Origin: Waterburya sp.
GTDB taxonomy: Bacteria; Cyanobacteriota; Cyanobacteriia; Cyanobacteriales; Xenococcaceae
Length of the DNA: 64,000 nucleotides
Assembly: GCA_965217895.1 (NCBI GenBank)
Contig: CBDCJV010000002.1
Coordinates: 1,280,001 to 1,344,000 of the forward strand
Reading direction: 5' to 3'
Below, piece after piece: positions 40,207 through 50,320 of the stretch (its first letter is position 1; the number at the start of each line of letters is the position of its first letter). The notes below the pieces were generated by a model. That model was given only the letters and a program-made list of their open reading frames with translations, was not told the origin of the DNA and searched no databases. A program made the position numbers and the translations under genes.

Positions 40207-40596
40207 TTAATTACCTTCTTCGACAACATTAACCGATGATACTTCTACTGCATCAACATCTATCGTCCCTGGAAGTGTTATGCGGCTAAAACTATCTCCT
40301 TCTACTTGTAACGCCTCGCCACAGCTTGGGCAGTTAAACTCAGTATTTTTGAATCCAGTAAACTCATAGTCACAGACTGGACATTGAGCCTGAGTCAGCT
40401 TGCGCTTTAGCCACCACTGAAATCCCCAAACAGCTATGACTGGCAGGATAAATAAGAGGGCGATTACAATTAAAAAGCTGCTGACTATCCATTTGAAACC
40501 AAGACTAGCCCAGACAACTGCGATTAAGATTAAGCTGCCCCAGCAACCAAGACCAGATATATTGTATTGCAGTAATTTATTATAGCGATCGTTCAC
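40207..40596 (-). CDS. Membrane protein with zinc ribbon
   Basis: Two TM, CPVC..CPSCG, GTIDVDAVEV tail. Confidence 0.75.
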   Translation of the reverse strand: MNDRYNKLLQYNISGLGCWGSLILIAVVWASLGFKWIVSSFLIVIALLFILPVIAVWGFQWWLKRKLTQAQCPVCDYEFTGFKNTEFNCPSCGEALQVEGDSFSRITLPGTIDVDAVEVSSVNVVEEGN

Positions 40597-40882
40597 TGTT
40601 TTAGTTACTCGCCTATTGTATTTTTGTTTTCCAATTTTAGTTTATCTTGCTTCTAAAAAGACAATTGCAGCTACACTTCGTTGTAATAGGACTTACGCAG
40701 TTCAACCAAAATATCATTTCTTAAGGAAGATAGTCGAGGGCAAGAAGCCATCATAGGCATACTATTCAAAGCAACAAGAAAGTTGTATCGTAAATTAGTT
40801 GAAGAACTAAGCGCGTAGATAAAACTTACACCTTAGTAGATCTGGTTCATTTTATATTCGCGCCTTAATCAAAATAAAATTT

Positions 40883-42001
40883 ATGAACACTAAAAAAAAT
40901 ATACTTTTTAAATGGTTTCAGTCTTGGTTAGCTAAGTTAGTTTTGAGCAGCGTCCTAACTTTTGTAGTTTTTGGTGCTAGCTTAATGGGCTGGCAACCTG
41001 AAGCATCAGCTATTTTGGCTCAGGGAGATGCAGTAACCGATCCTCAAGCTATTCTTCGCTATTCTTTACCTATAGAAAATGATTCTGTACGTAAACTGCA
41101 AAAAAGTTTAGAAGATATTTCCAATCAACTACGAGCTAAACGTTGGAACAATATTAGTCGGGATCTTAAAGATGCCAGCTTTGTATTATCGGCTCGTCGT
41201 GACAAACTCTTAGCAACTATTCCTGAAGAACGTAAACCTCAAGCGGAATCCTTGATCGAGCAGTTAGCTAGTGGAACAGAGGAATTAAAAGAAACTGTGG
41301 CAGCCAAAGATCGTGAAGGAACTTACCTCAAAAGAAGAGAGTTACTCGACCTTGTTACTAATTTAGAACAGTCGATGGTGGTAGGCTATCCTTTTGAAGT
41401 CCCAGAAGAATATGCTAGCCTGCCACAGCTTTTAGGTCGTGCCACTGTAGAGATGGAAACGAATAAGGGTAATTTAAAAGTTGTAGTTGATGGCTACAGT
41501 GCGCCTGTCAACGGTGGAAACTTCGTCGATTTGGTCAACCGTGGATTTTATGATGGCTTAGACTTTAACCGCGCCGAAGATTTCTATATCCTCCAAGCAG
41601 GCGATCCACCAGGAGATGCTAATGGTTTCATCGATCCTAAAACGAATGAGTACCGCGCTATTCCTTTGGAAGTTTTAGTAAAAGGAGATGAACTTCCTGT
41701 TTATGGAGATACTTTAGAAGAGTTAGGACGCTATTTAGATCAGCCTGCAATTCCTTTTAATGCCTATGGCGCGATCGCTTTAGCTCGTCCTGCCAATGAC
41801 CCTAATGGTGGCTCTTCACAGTTTTTCTTCTTTAAGTTCGATACTGAGATTACTCCTCCTGGTTATAACCTAATGGACGGACGCTATTCTGTATTTGGCT
41901 ATCTGGTAGAAGGAAAAGAAGTTCTAGAAGAATTAACCGAAGGAGATAAAATTATTTCTGCCAAGGTTATTGATGGTATTGATAACCTAAAAGAACCTTA
42001 A
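40883..42001 (+). CDS. Cyclophilin-type PPIase (TLP40/CYP38-like, thylakoid lumen)
   Basis: Signal, LRYSLPI, LPQLLGRATV, VDGYSAPV..GNFVDLV, GSSQFFF, DGRYSVFGY. Confidence 0.88.
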   Translation: MNTKKNILFKWFQSWLAKLVLSSVLTFVVFGASLMGWQPEASAILAQGDAVTDPQAILRYSLPIENDSVRKLQKSLEDISNQLRAKRWNNISRDLKDASFVLSARRDKLLATIPEERKPQAESLIEQLASGTEELKETVAAKDREGTYLKRRELLDLVTNLEQSMVVGYPFEVPEEYASLPQLLGRATVEMETNKGNLKVVVDGYSAPVNGGNFVDLVNRGFYDGLDFNRAEDFYILQAGDPPGDANGFIDPKTNEYRAIPLEVLVKGDELPVYGDTLEELGRYLDQPAIPFNAYGAIALARPANDPNGGSSQFFFFKFDTEITPPGYNLMDGRYSVFGYLVEGKEVLEELTEGDKIISAKVIDGIDNLKEP

Positions 42002-42118
42002 CATTGAGCATTGAGCATTAGTTATTGCTAATTTTGGGATAGACCTAAAGGCTAATAGCTAATAGCTCATAGCTCTTTTAGAGTTGTTAAACTTGAGCCT
42101 CAAACCTAAAGATCGAAA

Positions 42119-43120
42119 ATGAGCGATAAACCCCTACGAGTAAAAGATTTAGGTGAGCATGGTTTATTAAAAAAGCTTCAGAGTTATTGTCCTAGGGAGA
42201 TCGTCGGCGATGATGGAGCAGTTTTAGAAATTACTCCTGGTAAATCTTTGGTGGTGACTACGGATGTTTTGGTAGATGAGGTTCATTTTAGCGATCGCAC
42301 TACCAACGCTTTTGATGTGGGTTGGCGTGCTGCTGCTGCTAATTTGTCGGATTTGGCAGCTATGGGAGCAAATCCTTTGGGAATTACCGTCGGCTTATCT
42401 TTACTAGGCGAGAAGGCTGTAGATTGGGTGGAAAACCTCTATCAGGGAATGGAGGCTTGTTTAAAGGTTTATAACACTCCGATAGTGGGAGGTGATATTT
42501 GTCGTTCTAGCGTTACTAGTATTGCCATTACTGCTTTTGGTGAAGTTCTCCCTACTAGAATAATTCGTCGTTCTAACGCCAAGCCAGGAGACGTTATTGT
42601 GGTAACAGGTTTGCACGGACTTTCAAGAGGCGGACTAGAAATACTGCTCGATCCAAGTAAAAGTAAAAATCTCGAATTTCAAGAGCGAGAAAGATTAATT
42701 GAGGCTCATCAAAGACCAAAGCCAAGACTAGATGTTTTGCCGTATTTAAACCGAATTCCTGAGAATATTGCGATCGCAGGTATGGATAGCAGCGATGGGC
42801 TAGCCGATGCGATCAGGCAAATCTGTAGCCGTAGTGGCGTTGGGGCGACCATTAACGGCGAAAATCTGCATATTTTTTCAGGATTAACTAAGTTGGCAGG
42901 ATTAGCAAAAGCTGGAGAATGGCTGCTTTATGGTGGAGAAGATTTTGAGTTGGTTTTATCTCTGCCTCTGAATTTTGCTCTTAGCTTAATCGAAAATCTT
43001 GGTTTAGATGCAGCAATTATTGGTGAGGTTACTCAAGGGTGCGAAATTAAAATAATCAACTGCAAAAATGATGATTTCCCCTTAACTTTAAATAAAGCTC
43101 AAGGATTTCAACATTTTTAG
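42119..43120 (+). CDS. thiL: Thiamine-monophosphate kinase
   Basis: GDDGA, TTDVLVDEVHF, NLSDLAAMG, GGD, MDSSDGL, GGEDFEL. Confidence 0.95.
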   Translation: MSDKPLRVKDLGEHGLLKKLQSYCPREIVGDDGAVLEITPGKSLVVTTDVLVDEVHFSDRTTNAFDVGWRAAAANLSDLAAMGANPLGITVGLSLLGEKAVDWVENLYQGMEACLKVYNTPIVGGDICRSSVTSIAITAFGEVLPTRIIRRSNAKPGDVIVVTGLHGLSRGGLEILLDPSKSKNLEFQERERLIEAHQRPKPRLDVLPYLNRIPENIAIAGMDSSDGLADAIRQICSRSGVGATINGENLHIFSGLTKLAGLAKAGEWLLYGGEDFELVLSLPLNFALSLIENLGLDAAIIGEVTQGCEIKIINCKNDDFPLTLNKAQGFQHF

Positions 43121-43123
43121 ATA

Positions 43124-43267
43124 TATAGCAATTCTCAGAGTTATAAAGTACAGCGTTTTTCCCTTCTTACGTGGGCTACGCTGCGGTTTCCGCAGCGTAG
43201 CCCACGTGCTTTTTTCCTTCCCCCAAACATAACCAAGATGTACCTCACTAATACAAGAACCGCTATA
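43124..43267. mobile_element. MITE-like element with TATAGC..GCTATA ends and an internal perfect 18-bp hairpin
   Basis: TIR TATAGCAATTCT / AGAACCGCTATA; subterminal AAGTACA / TGTACCT; stem 43169-43207. Confidence 0.7.
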
Positions 43268-43491
43268 GTAGTTCTAATATACTAAAGTATTGGCTATGTT
43301 TTTCAGACAAGAAAAGCACAGCATATTTTGAGAAAAATAGTTACTCTGGTATAAATTTCTAGAAAATGGGAATGTTAATTTTGTGAGGGAAAGTCATGGG
43401 CTGCATTATTAATTCTCATCTCTATTCAGAGGATAAATTTAAGTGAGATCTAGGATAGGATAGTCAACCCAATCGACAATCATGAAATTTA

Positions 43492-45477
43492 TTGTCCTGT
43501 GTATCACACCTGATTATGGAGCAGCGAGATTTGCCTAAAACTATGCAGCAAGCATCAGGGATCGATCATATTGTCAGTAGTATTTTCCAGTTTATTCAAA
43601 CAAGCTTAAATAGTCCGAATATTCTGTCAAGTTTAGCTGGTAAACTTGTTAATTTGCTGCTTGTCGAAACCTGTATTGTGGTTTCTATTGATTTTCATGG
43701 CAGCACTAATAAAGTAGGTTATTGGCAAGAAGATCATCTTTTGTTGACAACTCAAAACAGAATTACTCAGCTACTATCTAGTTTGTCTTTGGCTCAGGGT
43801 GATTTGACTCCATCCCAAGTGCTAATACAAAAAGATTCCCATCTATTTGAAACGATCGACCATTTAGTGAAGGAAGTTCTGCCTGGGAAATCTTGGCTAG
43901 GTATAATCACGCGATATCAACAAAAGGTTAACGGTTTAGTTTTACTTTTTAAGCCAGTCTCTTGTGGATGGAGTAACTCAGAGCAAAAACTATTGCCAAA
44001 AGTTTCTGACTCTATGGCGATCGCCATTTCTCAAATACAGCTTCAGCAACAGGTTCACACTAAAGCCCAGTATCAATCTTTATTCAAAAAGATTAGCCGA
44101 GAAATTAGCCAAAGTTGTCATCCTCAATCACTATTTAATACCTGTTTGGCAGAACTATGCACCACTTTAGAGGCAGATAGAGGCATAATTTTGATGTTGA
44201 AGTATCAAAATCCTTTAAAAGCCAAAAATAGACAACATAAATCGGTAAAAGGAACAGTCAGAATTACTTCTCACTGGAGTGACTCAGATCGAGGTAAATC
44301 CCCTAAAGATGAACCATTTTTTAGTCTAAGTGATTCGGACTTATGCCAAAAAGCTTGGCGTAATGCCCCAAAATATTTGTGTTTTCCAGCAGACGCTCCT
44401 TTTCCCGATTTAGCCCCAGAATCAGCTAGTAATTCTTTTGTAACTGATGGCTCTGCTTTATTGATGATGCCCTTGATGGGCAAGAAAAGTAGCAGTACAG
44501 ACTCAGCAGGAGTTCTTGGTTTTTTAGTGCTGCAATATAATGAAAAACACCATTGGTTAGAAGATCAATTAGATTTAATTGATTGGGTATGTGTACAGCT
44601 TAGTACGGCTCTAGTTCATCATCAAACCTTAAATCAGGTACAGTCCATTGTTGAAGAACGTACCGCTAAACTTAAGTGGAGTTCAGATGTTCAGGCAAAA
44701 CTATCAGCAAAAATGCGCCAGCACATCGATCAGCTACAAAAGTTAAATCAGTTAAAAGATGACTTTATGAATAGCATGAGTCACGAGCTAAAAACGCCTT
44801 TAACTAGTATGAAAATAGCAATCAAGATGCTGCGCCAGACAGAAATATCTCCTGAAATGCACGAAAAATATCTCAATATTTTAGAGCAGGAATGGAATCG
44901 AGAATATAGCTTAATTAAAGATTTGCTGACTTTACAGCAGGTAGAGTCAGGCAAACTAACCTATAGTCCCCAAGAGCTTGATTTAACCCAAGCGATTGCT
45001 AATTTGGCTCAATCTTTTCATACCAAGTGGCAAATGGAAAAGGGTCTGGAACTAAAGACAAGTGTATCTAAACCCGATCTTAAAATTAATACCGATGTTG
45101 AAAGCCTAGAGCATATTTTAAGCGAGCTGTTATTAAATGCAGCCAAATACAGTGATGAAAACACGGTGGTAGAATTATTGGCACAAAGCCAAACTACCGT
45201 CAAAGGTAAAGACATCGTAATTTCTGTTGCTAATAGTGGTGCGGAAATTACTCCTGAAGAATTGCCCTATATCTTTGATAAATTTAGACGAGGACAAGGA
45301 GTAACTGACCGTGCAGTGCCTGGAACGGGATTAGGACTTACTTTAGTGCAGTATTTAGTTGAACATCTAAACGGTACGATTGAGGTTACTAATGAGCCGA
45401 CAAAGTGCGATCGCGAAAGCTCATTTCTAACTACTTTTGTGCTTAGATTACCTCAATTTCAACCATCAATTAGCTAA
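43492..45477 (+). CDS. GAF-GAF sensor histidine kinase (likely start ATG 43516)
   Basis: SHELKTPLT H-box, ELLLNAAKYS N-box, IFDKFRRG, GTGLGL; two GAF-like segments. Confidence 0.9.
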   Translation: MSCVSHLIMEQRDLPKTMQQASGIDHIVSSIFQFIQTSLNSPNILSSLAGKLVNLLLVETCIVVSIDFHGSTNKVGYWQEDHLLLTTQNRITQLLSSLSLAQGDLTPSQVLIQKDSHLFETIDHLVKEVLPGKSWLGIITRYQQKVNGLVLLFKPVSCGWSNSEQKLLPKVSDSMAIAISQIQLQQQVHTKAQYQSLFKKISREISQSCHPQSLFNTCLAELCTTLEADRGIILMLKYQNPLKAKNRQHKSVKGTVRITSHWSDSDRGKSPKDEPFFSLSDSDLCQKAWRNAPKYLCFPADAPFPDLAPESASNSFVTDGSALLMMPLMGKKSSSTDSAGVLGFLVLQYNEKHHWLEDQLDLIDWVCVQLSTALVHHQTLNQVQSIVEERTAKLKWSSDVQAKLSAKMRQHIDQLQKLNQLKDDFMNSMSHELKTPLTSMKIAIKMLRQTEISPEMHEKYLNILEQEWNREYSLIKDLLTLQQVESGKLTYSPQELDLTQAIANLAQSFHTKWQMEKGLELKTSVSKPDLKINTDVESLEHILSELLLNAAKYSDENTVVELLAQSQTTVKGKDIVISVANSGAEITPEELPYIFDKFRRGQGVTDRAVPGTGLGLTLVQYLVEHLNGTIEVTNEPTKCDRESSFLTTFVLRLPQFQPSIS

Positions 45478-45557
45478 GTTAGTAGGAGGTTATTTAAGTT
45501 TTAGAGAATAATTTATAGTCGATCGCCTTTAATTAATCTCAACTCTAAATCGGTCGA

Positions 45558-47273
45558 TTGTCAGAAATTCCTATGAAATGGCACAGTAGCAAAAAGCTCA
45601 CCAATCCAAAACTATCCCGCTTGTCTTTAGGAACTTATCCTTATTCGCCATTTTTCCGTCAGATAAAAATTTTTGGCATCGCTAGCAAACTTTTACTTTC
45701 TCTGTGGTGGAACAAAGTAACGGGCAATAATTCTTCTGGGCGTAGATATCGTTTGGCACAGTGGTTAGTCAAAAATATTCTGGAATTGGGTCCAACCTTT
45801 ATCAAAATTGGGCAAGCTTTGTCTACCCGCGCCGATCTTATTCCCATTGAATATATCCAAGAATTTAGCCAACTACAGGATCGAGTACCACCTTTTAGTT
45901 CTGATTTAGCGATCGCCGTTATCGAACAGGAATTAGGCAAATCAGTTGCTGTATTGTTTGCCGAGTTTAACCCTACTCCCTTAGCTGCCGCTAGTTTAGG
46001 ACAGGTACACAAAGCCAGACTCTACACGGGGGAAGACGTGGTAGTCAAGGTACAGCGTCCTGGCTTAGCAAAATTATTCAACTTAGATTTTGAAATTCTG
46101 CATCGTTTGGTTAGATGGCTAAATCGGTTACTTAAAAATGCTAGAAAATTTAATCTAGAAGCAATTTATCGTGAGTTTTTTGAGCTTCTATACATGGAAA
46201 TTGACTATGTTCACGAAGGTAAAAATGCCGATCGCTTTCGAGCAAATTTTCAAGGCTATCATCGAGTAGCTGTGCCACAGGTTTATTGGCAATATACTAC
46301 TCCCAAAATCCTCACTTTAGAATACTTGCCAGGCATCAAAATAGACGATCGCCTGGCTTTAGAAGCTAATCGGATTGATACCCAAGAAGTAATTCAACTG
46401 GGCATTACCTGCTATTTAAAACAGCTTTTAGAAGACGGTTTTTTTCAGTCCGATCCCCATCCTGGCAATATGGCAGTCAGCCAACGGGGAGATATTATTT
46501 TTTATGATTTTGGCACTATGGCAGAAGTAAAAACTATCGCCAAAGATCAGATGGTAAAAACTTTTTTTGCCGTTTTAAAAAAAGATACGGATGAGGTAGT
46601 AGAAACTTTAATCTATATGGGTTTAATTGAGCCTGTAGCGGATATGACTCCTGTTAAACGGATGATTGCCTTTATGATCGAAGAGTTTCGCGACAAGCCC
46701 GTTGACGTGAGAGCTTTTGAACAAATAACCGAAGAAGTCTACTCTCTTTTTGAGCAGCAGCCATTTCGTTTACCTCCCCAGATGACATTTATTGTTAAGT
46801 CTTTGACTACTTTAGACGGCATTGCTCGCGCCCTCGATCCTCAATATAATTTATTAGCAGCAGCCCAACCCTTTTTAAAACAAGTGGCATTTTCGCAACA
46901 ACAGGGCAGTATGTTGAGTATTTTAGCCAGACAAACCAAAGATTTTATCCAATACAAGTTTAAACAGCCAAACCGTACTCAACTATCGATTATGCGGTTA
47001 GAATCTCGCCTGGATTTAGGAGAGTTACAGGTAAAGGTCAAGAGCATAGAAAGTGAACGTTCCCTCAAACAAATTCAGTTAGGAATCAAAAGCTTAATTT
47101 ATACCTGCTTTTCAGGATTTTGCCTATTATCTGGTTCGGTACTATTAGTCGGTCACTTAAAAGGAATGGCGATCGCTTTATTCTGTTTTGCTACCTTTTG
47201 GTTTATTTTACTATTGCGATCGATGATGAGTATGGCAATGAGGGAAAAAATGTATCGCCTGGCGCAGAAGTAA
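45558..47273 (+). CDS. ABC1/UbiB atypical kinase (likely start ATG 45573)
   Basis: LGPTFIKIGQALSTRADL, AAASLGQVH, VKVQRP, DPHPGN, YDFG. Confidence 0.93.
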   Translation: MSEIPMKWHSSKKLTNPKLSRLSLGTYPYSPFFRQIKIFGIASKLLLSLWWNKVTGNNSSGRRYRLAQWLVKNILELGPTFIKIGQALSTRADLIPIEYIQEFSQLQDRVPPFSSDLAIAVIEQELGKSVAVLFAEFNPTPLAAASLGQVHKARLYTGEDVVVKVQRPGLAKLFNLDFEILHRLVRWLNRLLKNARKFNLEAIYREFFELLYMEIDYVHEGKNADRFRANFQGYHRVAVPQVYWQYTTPKILTLEYLPGIKIDDRLALEANRIDTQEVIQLGITCYLKQLLEDGFFQSDPHPGNMAVSQRGDIIFYDFGTMAEVKTIAKDQMVKTFFAVLKKDTDEVVETLIYMGLIEPVADMTPVKRMIAFMIEEFRDKPVDVRAFEQITEEVYSLFEQQPFRLPPQMTFIVKSLTTLDGIARALDPQYNLLAAAQPFLKQVAFSQQQGSMLSILARQTKDFIQYKFKQPNRTQLSIMRLESRLDLGELQVKVKSIESERSLKQIQLGIKSLIYTCFSGFCLLSGSVLLVGHLKGMAIALFCFATFWFILLLRSMMSMAMREKMYRLAQK

Positions 47274-47341
47274 ACTAAAAGTTTAATAAATCTATCCTTC
47301 TAATAACATAAGTCAGCTTCTGAATATTTTCTGCAAAACTT

Positions 47342-48688
47342 TTAAATTGACTGAAAAAAGTAAACAATATAATCAAATATAGACATACCTAAAGGATGCT
47401 TATCGAAAAAGGTTATGCCTACAATATCCTGCATCTTTGCTTGAACCCCAATAAAGTTAAATGTATTGGATGCCGCCATGAAAATAGTTATGGCAGAAAC
47501 TACGGCAAAATTTTTGATTTTATTAGGCTCATTTAACTTTTGGTCATCCAAACCAACACAAAAAAATAAACCAAAAAAAGCTAAAAATAAATAAGCAATT
47601 CTTTGATTAAATCCTGTCACTAAAATAAACAAAATTTGTAGCAACGACACAAAATAAATAGAGATAAAAGACCATATTTTAAGAGTTATTTTTTTGTAGT
47701 TTCTCGATACTATAAAAACTCCTACAGACAAGATAGCAATAGCTAGAAAAATATTTAAGCTAAATAGTTGCGTATCTCGTTGATCGTTGTTTTCGACCCT
47801 ACCTCGTATCGATCTACTTATTTGAGCTTTAGGTACAAGCTCTAAAATACTATCTATAAATCGATATATACTCTTAGGATTGTTATATACTTGCAGCCCT
47901 AGATACAGCATGGCAATTACTGCTAATCCTAGCCCAATCAATAAGAAAATTTTATCTTCTTTTTTCCATTGAATTTTTTTAATAATTCGACCAATATTTC
48001 CTGCTGTTTGAACTCCTAAGCAAACTCCTATATAAATAACGCTACTAGTATGAGAAAAAATTGCTAACAAAGAGAAAATCCAAAATAAAATCCAGTTTGA
48101 TTCCATACTAGAGATCGCAGCTAGGACAAAAACCAGGGAAAAAAACTGGCGCATATAAAATACTTGTGAGTAATAAAAGTAACTAGAAAAGAGAATTATA
48201 AGTAAAGTAGGATAATACCTCGGTGATAAATTTTTACTAATATAAAAAACGATTACAGAATTATTAAATAAGGCAAAGGAAAATAAGCACCAAAACGTAG
48301 ATTCATTACTCAAATAGTGAATGACTGCAAAAAATAAAAATAAAACAACTTCAAAGCGATCTTTAGCAATATAGTTATCGAGAGGACCTTGACGATCTAA
48401 ATTATTATAAATATCTAAATAAACTTTAGTATCAGCAAAAGCATCAATGCTAGTAAGATAAAGTGAGATGGTTAAAACAATTAAAATTAAAACAAAATTA
48501 TTTAAAGATAAAAGCTTGCTGTAATTTTTGGATGGTCTTAAAAGATCTAGTTGAATAGCTAAGAGCAGGGGAATAATTCCCAAAATCGGAAATGATACCC
48601 AAACAGCAAACCCAAAAAATAATACTGGCAATCTTAATTCAGAAATATTCTGAATTTTTTTTATTCTTTCAAAGGTTTGATCGAGCAT
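47342..48688 (-). CDS. EpsG/Wzy-like polysaccharide polymerase
   Basis: Multiple TM, DTKVY, MRQFFS, SHTSS EpsG-like motifs; downstream of a GT2. Confidence 0.7.
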   Translation of the reverse strand: MLDQTFERIKKIQNISELRLPVLFFGFAVWVSFPILGIIPLLLAIQLDLLRPSKNYSKLLSLNNFVLILIVLTISLYLTSIDAFADTKVYLDIYNNLDRQGPLDNYIAKDRFEVVLFLFFAVIHYLSNESTFWCLFSFALFNNSVIVFYISKNLSPRYYPTLLIILFSSYFYYSQVFYMRQFFSLVFVLAAISSMESNWILFWIFSLLAIFSHTSSVIYIGVCLGVQTAGNIGRIIKKIQWKKEDKIFLLIGLGLAVIAMLYLGLQVYNNPKSIYRFIDSILELVPKAQISRSIRGRVENNDQRDTQLFSLNIFLAIAILSVGVFIVSRNYKKITLKIWSFISIYFVSLLQILFILVTGFNQRIAYLFLAFFGLFFCVGLDDQKLNEPNKIKNFAVVSAITIFMAASNTFNFIGVQAKMQDIVGITFFDKHPLGMSIFDYIVYFFQSI

Positions 48689-48720
48689 GATATCTTTTGG
48701 AGAAGTAATAAGTAATTCGT

Positions 48721-48747
48721 TAGGGGCGAACGGCCGTTCGCCCGTAC
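48721..48747. repeat. REP-like palindrome
   Basis: TAGGGGCGAACGGCCGTTCGCCCGTAC. Confidence 0.7.
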
Positions 48748-48757
48748 AGTAATAAGT

Positions 48758-49684
48758 TTAATTTGGTTTGATTATTTTTTTTATTTGTTGTTGATAGTTA
48801 CGAGGAGTCGACAACTTAAGCAGTAAATATAAGCTATAAAATGGTGAAATAATACCCTTTCGCCAAGCTTTAAAAATTAGGTTAGTAGCGACAAATTTAT
48901 TAATTGGCTCTTTAATCATTTTTGGCACAATTTCTTTGAGTAAAAAGCCCTGATAAGCATCCTCAGAAATGTGCTGACGATATTGCTGAATCCAATCAAG
49001 GGAAGCTTGATAATTAACTTGGCAAGAAATGCGATCGCTTCTTGACTCATTATGCCAGGTTGCTAAAACTTGGGGGACAAAAATAAATTTTGCTCCTTGT
49101 TTTTCTAATCTAATTACAAAGTCTAAATCTTGATGTTTAACTAATCCAGTCTGAAATAAAGTTTGGCCAGCTAAAGTACGAGAAATTATTAAAGTACTAG
49201 TTAACATTTCTCCTCCAGATAGCCAAAAATATTCAGGTATTGTTTCTTGTTCTTGTTTACCCTTAGCAGGCAATATTGATCGCTGATAAAATATCTGAGA
49301 GCTTTTTTGAAACTGGGCATAACAAACCAAATTATCCTGGCATTTCTGTTGAGAAATAATAGCTAATTGATGTCGCAATTTATCTGGTAGCCATACATCA
49401 TCCGAGTCAAGAAAGGCAATATATTTTCCTTGAGCATTTCTAATACCTGTATTTCTGGCTTCTGAACCACCTAGATTTGTTTGATGACAGATATAGATAA
49501 CTCTGGTATCGTTTATTTGTTGAATAATTTGAGCTGTATTATCAATAGAAGCATCGTCAACTATAATAATCTCTGTCTTTTGATACGACTGCTTGATAGC
49601 TGAACTAACCGATCTGAGAATTACGTTAGCACGGTTGTAGGTTGGTATAATGACGCTAACTAAATGCTCTTCAATTTTTCTCAT
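48758..49684 (-). CDS. GT2 glycosyltransferase
   Basis: VSVIIPTYNR, VDDAS, ARNTG, AFLDSDDVW. Confidence 0.92.
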   Translation of the reverse strand: MRKIEEHLVSVIIPTYNRANVILRSVSSAIKQSYQKTEIIIVDDASIDNTAQIIQQINDTRVIYICHQTNLGGSEARNTGIRNAQGKYIAFLDSDDVWLPDKLRHQLAIISQQKCQDNLVCYAQFQKSSQIFYQRSILPAKGKQEQETIPEYFWLSGGEMLTSTLIISRTLAGQTLFQTGLVKHQDLDFVIRLEKQGAKFIFVPQVLATWHNESRSDRISCQVNYQASLDWIQQYRQHISEDAYQGFLLKEIVPKMIKEPINKFVATNLIFKAWRKGIISPFYSLYLLLKLSTPRNYQQQIKKIIKPN

Positions 49685-49719
49685 TACTTTTCTATCTCAT
49701 AATGATGCAACAGCGATCG

Positions 49720-50061
49720 CTATTGAGGGTGAAATTTAGGGTAGAGCATCGCTTTAACAGGAGATTTCTCGATTAGGTGCTTTTTGATGACGGTAGACAC
49801 TTCATCAGGATGAACTTGAGAATACCAGGTTTGGTCTGATTCTACAAGAACCATAGAACCATTACCACATTGCCCTAAACAGCCGACAGAAACTAGCTCA
49901 AAGTCTGCTGGTAAGTTTTGTTTAAACTTAGCAAAGACTCGCTCAGAATTATATTTACGGCAGCTACGCCCCAAACAAACTAAAATCTTCTGCGACTTAG
50001 AGTCAGGAGACTGGTTAGGAAATTGCATACTGTCTGTTGATGGAGATAAATCTGATTCCAT
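49720..50061 (-). CDS. Thioredoxin-like [2Fe-2S] ferredoxin
   Basis: VCLGRSC, GCLGQCGNG, WYSQV. Confidence 0.85.
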   Translation of the reverse strand: MESDLSPSTDSMQFPNQSPDSKSQKILVCLGRSCRKYNSERVFAKFKQNLPADFELVSVGCLGQCGNGSMVLVESDQTWYSQVHPDEVSTVIKKHLIEKSPVKAMLYPKFHPQ

Positions 50062-50205
50062 AGCTACGGAGTATTTTTAGATGGGAAGATTTTTGCCTAA
50101 AGTTGCGCATAGCCTCACATTTTAATTTTTGCTATTTTATTAGTAAATATTCATAAGAGTTTAAATTTTTGCTGCTAAGTATTAACTTTTAGCATTTCTC
50201 GAAAT

Positions 50206-50234
50206 ATACCCCTAGAGGGGATGTTAGATATAAT
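50206..50234 (+). promoter_or_regulatory. CsoR/RcnR/InrS-type operator adjacent to a -10 box
   Basis: ATACCCCTAGAGGGGAT (50206-50222) followed by TATAAT (50229-50234). Confidence 0.6.
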
Positions 50235-50320
50235 TATTGATAGAGTCTGAATTTAAAGTTATTCCCGCAAAATACAGCAAAAACCTGCTTTAAATTCAAT
50301 TTATAACTTAACCTAAATTA

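Noticed and set aside
40686..40820. TAGGACTTACGCA, resembling a cyanobacterial MITE/IS end
   Set aside because: No convincing matching right end or transposase remnant
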